Shown: one piece after another, positions 22,971-35,805 of the stretch
Position numbering within the stretch: the first letter of the stretch is position 1
Layout of the letters: each line of letters begins with the position of its first letter
Assembly (NCBI GenBank): GCA_020891255.1
Contig: BQFW01000004.1
Coordinates: forward strand, 2,418,001 to 2,482,000
Direction of reading: 5' to 3'
DNA from: Entomortierella parvispora E1425
Taxonomy: Eukaryota > Fungi > Mortierellomycota
DNA: 64,000 bases
Notes under the pieces: generated by a model
Told to the model about the DNA's origin: nothing
Databases searched by the model: none
What the model saw: only the letters and a program-made list of their open reading frames with translations
Made by a program: the position numbers and the translations under genes

Positions 22971-24826
22971 TTATTTTGATCCCGAGTCTGGCCGTAATGA
23001 GGGTGAGGATGGGGGTGATGGTGAAGAAGAACGCGATAATGATAGGGATCCAGTCCGTGGGCACGAATTGGACTCTAAAGGATTGCCTGGGTCCTGTGAA
23101 GCATTATCTTGAGCTGCAGTAACATCCTTCTTATGTTTCTGCTGAAAGAGCTCCTTTATCCTCTGAAGTCTGTCAAGACGTCGCATTTCTGCAGCTCTCG
23201 ACTCTTTTGCAGAAGCTTCTAATTCAGACAACTGAGAAGGGCTGTCAGGTATTGCGTGCGAATTTTCGAGGTCTGCTTGAAGAAAATATATTGGCGCCTC
23301 CTCCATATCGACCGGCTCTGATGAAACGTGGGGCTGCGTAGTTGACCTCTCCGAGTCGAAACTCGCCTCACTCTTTCTCTCTAGGTAGTGCTGATGCCAG
23401 GCATGGCTCCTTCGTAAAAAGCCAAACCGAAGATCGTCACTTTCATTTAGTGCCTTCTCAAACAGCGCAGTGTGTTCACTAGAAAGGAGGAACTTGATTG
23501 TTGCGTCAATGATTTCCTCGATATCGGCATGAGGGTACTCTTTATCTCGGTAGTCGCGAGATGCCTTCAAAGCACGCTGTTCTGCCGCCTCTTTGTCGGC
23601 TTTTGCCTCGTCTTCCTCCCTTTGTTTGAATTCCTCCTCTGTTTCGTACAGACCAGTCTGCATCAGCCATCGGACATGCTTGTAGAACTGGAATAATGGG
23701 TGCCTACGACTCATGAAGGCAAAATTTGGGTTGGTTGCCTGCTTTGCTTGTAGAATGATTTCCATAGTGGGTTCTGAGCTGTTGTTGACAAATTTCGCCG
23801 TTCTCTCGATCAAAGCGAGCACTTTTTGGCTGTCAGGCTATCCAGAATTTAGAGAACACAATGTTAGCATCTTTACGATATTGAATGCAATCGAGGCGTG
23901 ACTCTATCTCTGGCGATCCTCTTCTTACCACAACCATGCCTTCCGGGACCTCAAAATGTATCTGATACACCGGCTCATGAGATTCCGCGTCCTCTGAGCC
24001 ATAGTTGAATCCAAATCCAGTATAGTTAGATGGTTCCTTGTCTTGTCGTTTTTGCTCTATTCACAATGATCATGGAAATGGTAAGAGTTGGAGCAGGGGC
24101 TGCGAGACATTCATCGACGATCTTACAAAGTCTCCAAAGTGCATACCTAAATGCTCTTTTCGCTCGTCTTCATCCATATCAAACAAGAGTTCTTCGTCCG
24201 AATCCAGATCAGCGAACCGTTCGTCGTCCAACTCAGAGTCATCTCCGTCGAGGATCCGGTCATCATATATTTCACGCGGACCTGTAAAGAGTCGCTCACT
24301 GTCCAACAGGTTTCGTCCATCGTATCTGCAGAGCCATCGAGGAAAAGGTAAGAATAATGAGTATTTGAATATGAAATACTTTCAATGTAGCCCACCACTA
24401 TCGATTATTATTTTTTCCACAGCGATAACCTGCTAGGCGAACCCGCAAGTTGATCCCGTTCTTGATGGAAGTACCTCGGATTGAATGTTGCATTCTGATT
24501 GCATTTGTTGATCGAATTGACATGGTGGCGGGACAACATTTTACAGGAGCAAGGGTCCCACTCTCCCAGCGGCATTACCTGTCGAGCCAGATGGCATCCT
24601 TGTCTGAAGGATCCTGTCCTTGCCAAGTGATCATCAACTGGCCTTGCTCGATCGCCTCTGCGGCGCCATCGTTCCTGAAGAAGAATGCCTCGTAACCAAA
24701 CGCGATCAGCTCTTCTTCCTCGACTTCGTTTTCAGTATGTCTCCCTCGCCGTGATCTAGCCTGTCCCTTTTTCTGCGGCCGTGTCTGTCCGGTGCGCTGG
24801 GCGTCGAGGTCGGGATCATTCCACAT
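22971..24826 (-). CDS. SFSWAP: Suppressor-of-white-apricot-like splicing factor (DRY_EERY plus SURP domains), multi-exon
   Basis: ELIAFGYEAFFFRND..LMITWQG..WLDRY (DRY motif), DERFADLDSDEE (EERY-like) and the SURP repeat LIERTAKFV..MEIILQAKQATNPNFAFM..HPLFQFYKHV. Confidence 0.8.
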
Positions 24827-26152
24827 GGTTCAGGCAGACGTGGACATTAAAGCAAGCCGCCGTGAATGAAGTGATTGGGGTGTGATCAGGGGAGGAGACC
24901 CGCAGACACAGTCCTGAATTACCCACGTGACTGGCCACGACATCCGATGCACGAGCCATATTTCGATCGTCTGGAGAATGCTTATTTTGGTGAGGCACCG
25001 TGTCCCCGTTGGTTGTAGGAAGAGGCAGTGGTGTTATAACCGGCGTGGCGCATCGACCAAGATAGGAGCAGACCTGAGTGCGCTGCATATCCATTGGCTG
25101 TCCGACCATGGCGCGATCAGCCTGTGGGAGGGGAAGGAAGGGGTGAGTGCTCGAATGAGTGCTCAACAAAAGAGAACTATTGCATGGGAACGATAATCTT
25201 TAAAAATGATCGTGTACGCGTCCCTCCTATTCGATCGATCTAAACGGTGGACGAGGGCGCAAGTTCGTCTGTCCACCAATGATGCCAGTGCTATTCTCCC
25301 TCAAGTCGCAACCCTCCGTCTGCGACTCTGTAGGTGAGGATCCGCCCCTGTTCTCTGCATTCCCCCCGTTGCAGTTTGCAGTTGGAGGATCATAAAAACG
25401 TTCCCAGCAAGCTCCATGCAAGTGCCAAGAAAGGAGCTGCTCTATCCAGGCAGATTGATATTCTTCATGCCCCTGTTGCTCAGACATTGCCCACTTGACT
25501 TGTCTTTATCGAGATCTCATCGTTCTGCGAGTCCCTGATCGGCTGGTATTCGCGATTCAGGGGACCAGTGAGAGAGACAAGGGGCATAGAGACAAAGAGA
25601 CAAAGAGACACAGGAGACAAAGAGGCAAAAAGGCGCGCAAGGACCCCCAGAAAAAGAAGTCTGGGTTGCACCAAGTCCAGTTGCTCTTGCACCGTGGCCA
25701 CCACGATCGATTGCATTTGCCCTGGTCGACAGACAGGCTTGGCTGGAGAGGGAGGGCGGAGAGAGTTGCCCAGTCGAGGGCAGAGCCTATTTGTATCCCT
25801 GTTTCCCTTGGGCCATCCATGGCCATGGGGCGGTTGCCTCGGTGCCTGGTTCATACTCCCCTACTCTCTTTCTCCTTGTGTCCTTCTGTCCTTCTGCCCT
25901 TTTGCTCCTTGTCTCTCTCTATCTCTCTCTATCTCTTTCTCTCATCCCTCTCTCCACTCTTCTCCACTTTTCTCCACCCGCTCAATGTCGCCAGTCTTCC
26001 TCACTTGCTAACATCCATTCATTCTTTGGCCACTCTGTTCATCCGGCCCATTCACCCCCATCATCCCTAGGCGACTACAGTGACTCTATTTTCTATTCCA
26101 CAACACCTTTTCTGTCTGCTTCACCTCGACTCGGGAGCAGTCCATTCCAACC

Positions 26153-29100
26153 ATGGACAGTAATAACAACAACCTGTCCATTGACATCTCTGCTCAAGAC
26201 ATTGCTGATCCAGCAACTGCCAGCAGAGGCATCGAGTTGACGTTGCGCAACCTGTCCCTGTCGGTGATCCCCCCTCCCTCCCTCCTCACCCGGGTTGCTC
26301 GTAAGCTCAAGCTTGCACCCAACCCAGACAAGCAGCCCAGAGCGGACGATGCACCGTCTTCGAAACCCGACCTCGACGACGAGGCCAAGGGCAGGACCGA
26401 CCGCGACCTGAGAAATGTCGGCATCAACATCTTTCGGAACGTGGACATGTCTGTCAAGCCAGGGCAAGGTGGGTCTCCTTCTTTATTGTTCTAATTTCCT
26501 TCCTCTCCCGCAATCGCTCGTTCGCAGAAAGAGCGGACCTGCATCTTCAAGGAACAGACCCACTCGGGCAGGGTTCTATGCCGTAGCTAGATCAATCAAT
26601 CCCCGCCCGATCGATGCTTCTATCTGCCTGTTGCAATCAACTGCCTTCTTACCCCCTTTCTTCGTGTTCTTCCTGTTCCTCCCCCTTTTCATCTTCCTCC
26701 TCTCCCGACAATCCCTAGTATGCATCATCCTCGGCGGATCCGGATCGGGTAAAACCACGCTGCTCAACACAATTGCTGGCAGAATGAACGGCCCTGAGGT
26801 CTCTACCTCTGGCACCATCCAGTGCAATGGCACCAAGGCCAAGAAGTATTGGAACGATGGAAGTGTTGGATACCTCCAACAGCACGACTTCCTCATGCCG
26901 TTTCTCACGTAGGTCAAAATGGTCCCTGCCCTTGTTTGTAACCCATCTGCGTTCGCTGTGCAATGCAATTAACGACCGTGCATTGTCTCCATCGTGCAAA
27001 CAATAACACACCACAAAAGTGTACGAGAAACCCTCACCTACGCTGCTCATTTGCGACTCCCTCGAGCTATGAGTAAGCAGAAGAAGCAAGAGTTAGTTGA
27101 ACTGGTCCTCTTAGAGCTGGGTTTGAAGGACTGTGCAGAAACCAGAGTCGGTGATGCCGGTGGTGGAGAGACTGGCAGTGGAGGTATCCGTGGTATCAGT
27201 GGTGGCGAACGCCGTCGCGTCTCTGCCGGTGTCCAGCTCTTGACAAACCCAAAGATGCTGCTCTGCGACGAAGTAACCTCAGGTAGGTCTTGATTTTTAT
27301 TTGCAGGATCATGTCCATGTCCAAGCTGGCGTTTCGCTCTAAAACTCTTTTTGTCTCCGTAGGACTGGATGCGTTTTCCTCTTACGAGGTCATGAAGTCT
27401 CTCACAAAGCTAGCCAGGTCGTCCAACAAGACGATCGTCATCTCGATTCACCAGCCTCGGTCAGAAATCTTCAAACTGCTCGCAGAATCAGACGGCCAAA
27501 TGGTTCTCCTCTCCCGGGGCGATGTTGTTTACAGTGGGCCTGTCAAGTCAGTCCTTCCTTGGATTGAATCCACCGGAGTTGGAGCTTGTCCCTCAGGAGT
27601 TAATCCGTTTGATTATCTGCTGGATCTCAGCATGGTGGACTTTGCAAGCGAGGCCATGGAGAAAACAACCGCCATAAGACGTGAACAGCTCGTGCAGGCA
27701 TGGATCGATCGCCGGCAAAATCTCGCTCAAATATATTCGCCCCCATCACCAGATGTTGCCGAGGTGGATAGCGGCAGCACAAGCAGCTCGGCAATGCCTC
27801 CAGCTATCCCAAGCGGTAGCTCTACGTTTGCCTCCCTGGCTGTTGATGTGATTCCTTCAGGAAAGGGTCCTAGTCTTTGGAGTCAGATTCGTGTCTTGAC
27901 TTCCCGGGGCTGGCGAAACCAAATTCGAGACAGCATTGTCATCTGGGGATGTATTGGCGAGTGTATTGTCATCGGACTCGCTGTTGGCGCCATCTTCTAC
28001 CAACTAGATGGCTCTCTGGGTGGCATTCGCTCTAGAGAAAGTTTGGTCTATGCAGTGGGAGCCATCCAGGCCTACCTGATGTTGATGATTTTGATCTATC
28101 GTCTCTCCCAAGAGATCGTCATCTATGACCGAGAGAGGATGGATCGATGGTATGGACCGCTGCCACATTTAGTCAGCACCGTCCTCTACTCTGCCCTCCC
28201 CAACATTCTCTATCCTGTTGGTAAGTTTTGGATTACTTTAAAAGACCCTTTTTCATGTTTCTCAAGTTACCAACGATACTCACGGTATTTTATTTTGCCA
28301 TCACATAGTTTTCTCCATCATTGTTTACTATATGACAGGTCTTCGGACAGACTCTCTCCAGCACTTTGGCTGGTGGATCCTAGTGAATATTACCATGCAA
28401 TTTGTCACGTACGGAAACATTGCGAATCTCTGCATTCTTTGTTGAAAGCGCCCTTCATATCTCTAACAAGCTTGTCTTTTATTTTGATATGCATACAGCT
28501 TCACATTTGCGATCCTCTGCTCGTCCATTGTTCGAGGATTTTCATCTGCTTCTTTATTTGGGAACGCCATTTTTGCTTTCTTTGGGCTATCCACTGGCTT
28601 CTTCATCGTGACAAGCAAGATCCCTGTTTGGCTTCGATGGATTCGCTACTTGGCCTACCCCAACATCTGCTATTCCATTCTTGCTAGCAATGAATTTACA
28701 GATCATAGATTTGCATGCCCTTACCTCGGGGCTGACGGTAGCTGGGATGATATCAAGTGCGCTCCATGGGATGGCAACTCCATTTTGGTCGGACAACTAG
28801 ACCTTAAGACGAACTATTATCCAGGTATGAGAGCTTGAACTTGATGATCTAAAGTTGATGACTATTCTTCTCTAACACGCTTTGCATTTGTGAAACTTTT
28901 GTACTAGGCCCAATCGGATACATGGCTTGTTACTTTTTTGGTTTCCTGTTCATTGCTTGGATCGCTTTAACCGTCCACATTGTAAACCCCACTTCCATGG
29001 GATCAGGCCCTACGCTGATGGATATTTTTATCAACCAGGCCGTAAAGATGTTTTCACGCCAAAAAGCCACAAAGGCAGCCTCTGTCCACGAATCTAGCTC

Positions 29101-31403
29101 GGCCGCATCCTCTGCAGAGAGCCTTAATATCGAAAAGGCCGCACAGATGGAGACCCGTCTCGATGTGTTCTCAAAGGGATTGGAAAGAAGGGACCCCGTG
29201 ACGATCCGAGTAGAGGGTTTGAGTATGTCTGTGTTCCTAACCAAGTTTGAGTGGAGTTTTTCGGGTATCTTGCGCTACCTTCGGAAAGAGACTACTGAGA
29301 AGCAATTGCTCAAGGATGTGGATGTCGTCTTCCCAGCTGGTGAGCTGACCGCTATCTTAGGAGGCAGTGGGGCCGGAAAGGTATGTTTTGACAAGCTAAT
29401 GTGATGACAGAGTCATTCATACTCAAATTCAATTTGCTGACGCATTGGCCATTGGTCACCAATTTTTAACTAGACGAGTCTTCTGAACGTCTTGCTGCAC
29501 CGCACCGATTCGAGTTTGAAGAGAACTGGCTCAATCTTCTACAACGATACCAAAGACCCCTCTCTTCGAATGATCAACGGTGTTTCATCTTATGTTCGTC
29601 AAGACGACAACTTTTTGCTCTCCCATTTGACTGTGAGAGAAACATTGCAATACGCTGCTGAGCTCCGCATGGACAGTCTTATTTCGAGAAAGGACAAGTT
29701 CTCCAAGGTGGAGGATATTATTGACCTTCTGGGACTTCGCGAGTGTGCCGATGTAATCGTCGGAAGCGCCGCTGTTAAGGGCATCTCTGGGGGCCAGCGT
29801 CGCCGTGTGTCCATCGGAATCCAGCTCGTGACTGAGCCTGCTTGCTTGTTCTTGGATGAGCCCACTAGTGGTCTGGATGCTTTGACAGGTAAGTTGATGA
29901 CCTCTCAACCCCATTCATATCTGCAGTTGGAATTTGTAATATTTACTCGTATCCTTTTTTTATTTTTTTTCTCTTTCCTACGCGGCAATAGCCAAGGCCG
30001 TTGTTCTCACTTTGAAGCGAATTGCTGCTAGCGGAAGGACCGTTGTTTGTACCATTCACCAGCCTCGAGCTGACATCTGGCACGTCTTTGACAACGTTGT
30101 TCTTTTGGTCACTGGCGGTTGTGCAGCCTATTCTGGGCGGGCTGATAAGGTTGTCGAGTACTTTGAACAGGCGGGACATGTTGCGCCTCCGTTCACCAAC
30201 GTTCCCGACTTCATCTTGGACACAGCCTCCGTCAATCTTCGATCCCCCTCCCTCGAGGAAACAACAAGAAAGGTTGTGGTGGCGTTGATCAATCGGTTCA
30301 ACGAGAATAAGGCCGAGATGCTCGCTTCCCAACTAAAAGATCAACCCCTGGGAAAGTTGGCCAAGGTCAACCCACAGTTTGCCTCTTTCGCGAAGGCGTT
30401 CCCTATTTTGACGAGGAGATCATTTGTAAACACTTTCCGTCAGAAAGGTCTCTACTTCAACAGAGTCTTCCAGCCAATTATTGTCGCGATCATTATGACC
30501 ATCTTTTTCGCGCCTCTGGGTAACGGTCCAGCGGATGTCACAAGTCGATTTGGTCTTCTGCAGCAAACATCTCCCATCGTCTTTTCCGGCATGCTGAACA
30601 ACGTTGCCATGTATCCTTTTGAGGTAACTGTGCACTTTCATGGTCATTTTCCGCTGTATTTCTCTTTTCTGGCTGCTTTTTCTAACAATGTTTCTCATTC
30701 TTCAATAGAGAGATATCGCGTACCGCGAAATTTCAGATGGTGGCTACAGTGTCTCTTCTTTCTTCTTCTCTTTCTTGGTCAACGAGTTGCCTCTTGAAAT
30801 TTTTGGATCCTTGGGCGTGACAGTATTCATGTTGGTTATCACTCGCTTGCAGACAACCGTCTTGACCTTCTTTTCATTCTGGGTCATCATGTTTGGATAC
30901 ATCAACACAGGCGAGAGTGTCGGCATGGCCTTTTCAACATTTGCCTCTCATGCTGGATTCAATATCACCGTCATGAGTGCAGTGGTAAGTTGAGCGTACA
31001 AATTGTTCTTGTGGATTCTACTCACCATGACAGGCATGGATTCTCACGTCTCTTCTTGTCTCCTGTTTCGAACTTACAGATCAGTGTTTTCTCATTCATG
31101 ACCGGATTCATGTCTCTGAACATCCCCAAGTGGCTTGCAGACATCAATTACGTCTCACTCTTCAAATACGGGTCTCTGATCCTCACCCGGAACGAATTCG
31201 ATGGAAAGGTCTTTGACTGCTCGCAGGCGCAACTGGACAGTGGTGCCTGCCCATACCCGACAGGCGAGGACGCGTTGAAGCTGTTGGGATTCCAGGACCA
31301 AAACTGGAATTTGTACATGGGCTTGTTCGTCGCGGTCGTCGTTATTTATCGATTGCTGGCTTGGGCCGCACTTGTCGTCAAGGTTAGGAGTAACAAGTGG
31401 TAG
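26153..31403 (+). CDS. Full-size ABCG transporter (NBD-TMD-NBD-TMD, YOL075C-like), multi-exon
   Basis: Two Walker A motifs (GGSGSGKT, GGSGAGKT), two signature/Walker B regions (ISGGERRRVS..LLCDEVTSG; ISGGQRRRVS..LFLDEPTSGLD), two SIHQPR/TIHQPR H-loops and two hydrophobic ABC2-type TMDs. Confidence 0.95.
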
Positions 31404-32278
31404 CTTTCTCGTCCATCATGCATCGTATTAGTATATATAATAGTGTAATAAACCTACATACCAAGAAAAACAAGGACTTCAATCATCATCTTCTCGGATC
31501 GCTACCGCACGCACTCTGTTTCTCGTCATTTGCATCATGGTTCTATTCATGAAAGGCCTGCAACAACGTGCAGGCAATCACAAATCATTCATCCGCCACT
31601 GCGGACGCATCGAAAAGTGGGGACAGGGATGCAAACACCATTTGACGATTTGAAGAGGGCTTTTGACATGGGGAAACAGGCAAAGGCAAAAACAGAAACG
31701 GGGGCGGGGTTTCTCAACACAACGAGCAACGCCGGGGATCTGGAGGGCGAATACTGACCAAGGGCGGTTTGGTGCCATCAATGTTATTGGAAAGAGACCT
31801 TTGCTCTCAGTTCTTGCGCCTCAAGCCTACATATTGTACCGTGCATGTACATGTACTGTGAAGTACAGTACTGTACAGTACACTTTCGGAGGAAGGAGGA
31901 GACTGGGCGCGGTTTTTGCTCCAGGGCGTAGGCAAGGTTTTTGGTCCCCTTGCCCCCATTTCAACGTTCCATTCAACGGAATGTTTGTGTCCCTGGGCAC
32001 CAAGACGTCTGTACCGCAGACTCAGTGCCTTTATCAATCGTGAAATAACCAACGGAGCAACATCCGACAAACTCAGACAGCCCAGACTCCTCAACCATGC
32101 ACCTTTCAATTAATTTTCTCCACAAGCACGAGTGATTCCCAGAGGATAAAAGCAACGCGCAAGGACAGTCGAGGAACTTTTTTTTTTCTTTTTTTCTCTT
32201 TTTTCTCTTCAGATTCACTCTCCATCCCAACACATCTCCCCTTTCCTCCCTTTCCCCCTTCCACCACCTCTCACCACC

Positions 32279-33962
32279 ATGAAGTTTTCTTTGAAAGCTG
32301 TTGCTCTCGGTGCCTTGCTCGCCTCGGCTGCTGTTGCCGCTCCCATCGAGGTCGAAAAGCGTGATGCCAACTCGGACCGCATTGCCGCTTGCTTTTTGAA
32401 GTACGTTGGGTCACTTATTCTCTTCGCCTCTCGCGTACGCGTTTACCTCGCGTTCATTCATGACTGACACATCTTTTATCCCATAGCCTCCTCCTCACTG
32501 GACAGTGGCCAGGTAGCTGCAAAGCCGCCGTTGCTGTAAGTCATATCTCTGTTTTTGTTGCGAGAGCGCGTACCTCAACGTTTCAAACCTGATCTCTCAT
32601 CCATGATTATTCCTTCCTACGCTTCAGGTGAATCTCGGCTTGATCAAGACCATTTCCATCAACCAGATGTCCATGGACTTTACTCCTTCCAACGCGTGGG
32701 CACCTACGACCTCGTCCTCCAGTGTCGTTGCCACGATGCTCTCCATCCCCGGTATCACTCTGCCTATCGACTCTGTCCGCCAGCATATCATCCTGGTTGA
32801 CAATGGTGTCCAACTCGGTAACATTGATACGCCATGGAGCGCCGCCAGCGTCAAGGGCGGTACCTTGACCACCTCGTTCAGCTCCTCTGCTTTGAACGTC
32901 TTCTCGACCTCTCATGATGCCTTCTCGAAGTTTGTTGGCGCCTTGTCCACCACGGCCTCGCACCCCGTGACACTCAAGGGAGCTGTGGATGTCAAGTTGA
33001 ACCTTGGTATTTTTGGCCACTTGACCATCCCCGGTATTGGATTCCAGGCCACGACCAGTTTCCAGGGATTGAACAACTTGCAAAACATGAAGTACATGTT
33101 CCAGGTCAATTCTGACTACATGACGGTCCCCAACTCCATCTTGCTCTCGTCGATCATCAAGATCAACAACCCCACCAACTTGAGCTTGAAGCTTGGCAAC
33201 ATCAATTTGAACACGGCCACGGCCGATGGTTATATGGGCAACTCGACCATTACTGACATGACGCTTGTCCCTGGAGACAACTTGGTGGCTTCGAGTACGT
33301 GGCTGGACACCCGTTTGACCCCGACCCAAAAGTTCCTTCAGGCCCTTTCAGCCTCAGACCAAACTTTGCTGATGTCTGGCTATGCTCAAACCTCGACCAA
33401 CGCTGCCCTGAACGCCGGTCTGACCAACATGAAGTCGAGCGTGGTCATCCCAGCCAAAGGCACCGTTGTTTCTCAGCCCCCTTTTGTCAACTGGTCCTTG
33501 AAGACGACCCCCACCACCACCAAGGACGGCATCGCGATGATTACGGGTACCTTCCAAACTCCTTACTATGGCTTCCAATTGCAGCTGCTTCACATGGATA
33601 CCGTTAACAGCGTGGCGACGGTGCAAGATACCAACACTCCTTCGGACTCTACGGCTCTTTTCACCTTCATGGATAACTTGACCTTCAACGTCAAGGGCTC
33701 GCAAACAGCCACAGTGACCTTTGGTGTTCAACTGTCGAGTCTTTCAGACCCCAACTGGAAGCCATTCTGGGTCAGCCTTATCAACTATGTGAAGACGAGC
33801 GGCTCCATCCCCGTGGACCTTCAGTTCCTCGGCAAGATGATCTTCAACAACAACGGGGCCGTCCAGGACTTTGACTTGTCCAACATGTCCCTCGGATTGG
33901 GAGTTACCAACATTGCTGTGGGTGCCGACTTTGCAAACCTCCTCAATGCCCTCCCCGCTTAA
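32279..33962 (+). CDS. Secreted DUF3712-like beta-rich protein, paralog A (exons about 32279-32401, 32487-32535, 32628-33962)
   Basis: Signal peptide MKFSLKAVALGALLASAAVAA, a KR dibasic site, DUF3712-like DAFSKFV..VTLKG..GIGF..GLNNL and INNPTNLSLKLG. Confidence 0.8.
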
Positions 33963-35805
33963 TTGCGTACCCAGAAAAAAAAACGACATGATCTGTAGGT
34001 GTATCTAGCTTCTCTTCTTGCATACAACAAAGAATAAAAGTTAAGATTCAACCTCGCTTACCCTCCCCCTCGCCCTGCATTTGCGATCGAAGGGTGGAGG
34101 CCATGGCGCTGCATCGTGTTAAATAACGTGCTGACAGCCCCCGGTTTGTAAAGAGTTGTGGGAGGGATACATGTCTGTCAGCAAGATTTGTGGAGATGTG
34201 GAGAACAAAACAAGAACTTTGTCAGGGTTCTGCGGGACACGACGCGTCATGGAGTGGGAAAGAAGACACGGGGGTTGGTGCTCCGTCCTTGCTCCTTCCA
34301 TGTCTCCGGAGTGAACATTCGACTTTTTTTTTTTTGCTTTGTTTTTCCATGGACAGAAGTCTCCATGGAAGAGGGAGAAAAAGTTTAAGTCTGCTCGCTC
34401 CACAACCTCCCCCTCAACCCTGGTGTAACCTCCCACCTTCAACCATTGATGATTCTCGGTAGTGTAAAGAGACAATCCGCTTTGTCATGGTAATTAAAAG
34501 TTTCCCCTGCTTCCATTTTGCGAACCCCCCCCCCCCCTTCCCCCCTTCTTTTTTCTTTGTCATGAAGATTCAGTGTGTTTTTTTTTTTTTTTTGCGGCTT
34601 CCTTGTGCTCCGCGGTGGGGCGTGGAGAAGAATGTTGGCAGAGAGAGAGGAACTCTGTAGGACCGACAAACTCGATCGGCCATCGTTCGCCCTCCATTGC
34701 ATGATTATCCGTCCGTTGTCTTTCAAAATAACAGGCTCTTGTTGTTGGATGCGGAACGATAAAAGAGTGAATACAACTTCTCTTCTACATACCAGGCTGA
34801 ACCCAGACCTTAGCCTGCTCGCGCACTAGTCTGCGCCATGCAACGCACGCCTTCTGTTGGGTTCGCGCCGAGAGCCCGGTACAAAAAGAGGGCTACTTTG
34901 GGTAAATCGTATGAATACGGATTAAAATAAGGCTACAAGCTCCCAACAGGAACAGGATGTCGGGCACACAGTGTGATCCTTGATAATCAGAAACGGTCCT
35001 CTTTTTTCAAGGGAGGGAGATGCATGACTTTCGAGACCAAGAGTCCATGCCGAAAAAACAATGCTTTTCCAAGGGTCAGCAGTTGCACTTATTTTTTTAC
35101 CGAGAGGAATGAGGGCGTTGTGTTTATATGATTGTGTGTTGGGTACACCTGCTGCACGGGTTCAGGCGAGAAAGAATGTTTGTGTCCAGTGCCGCAAGAG
35201 AAGTTTGGGCCATGGAGCAGAGGAATGCTCACCTATCCACTCACTCGCTTACTTCTCATTGATTCACTTCACTCACCCCCACCGCTCCATCACTTTATCC
35301 TCGTGCTCTCTCTATCCCTTGCTCTTTGACTTTTTTTCTGCAGAAAGTAGACGTTGGCTCCTCTGCCAAAGCCCTCGTACGATGCAGTAATGGGTCATCA
35401 AGCTGGGAGATACACACAAGCATCCTGTCGACAGCAGTCTCCCTCCCCTCTCCTCTTTCCTTCCCCCTTTGCTTGTGTTCCCAACGCATCCATCACAAAA
35501 CAGCTCTTGTGCATGCCCACATGAAAGTTCAGACCCCACGTCGTCCGTTTACGCCGACAGCTCATGCTCACCTCATTGTCGCCTCTTCCAGCTCTCCACA
35601 TAAGCAAATTACTCCCTACAAACGGACTAGACCGTCCACCCTCGGTTTCTGCTCGAGAGTATAAAGACTCGATATCCCGGGACATGAAGCGCCTTTTTTT
35701 TACCTCCAGATTTACACTCTACCCAAGTCGCCACCACCCTTTCCTTCACCTTCACCCCTCGCCCCTCCTCCCTCCTCCCTCCTCCCTTTAGATCACATCT
35801 AGACC

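Noticed and set aside
25227-25487. 86-aa minus-strand ORF between SFSWAP and the ABCG gene
   Set aside because: No recognisable domain, splice link or paralog; cannot be supported from sequence alone.
31835-31885. Cluster of short palindromes (CATGTACATG, GTACAGTACTGTAC) upstream of DUF3712 paralog A
   Set aside because: Built from low-complexity GTAC units and not shared with the paralog B promoter; no evidence for a MITE or regulatory role.
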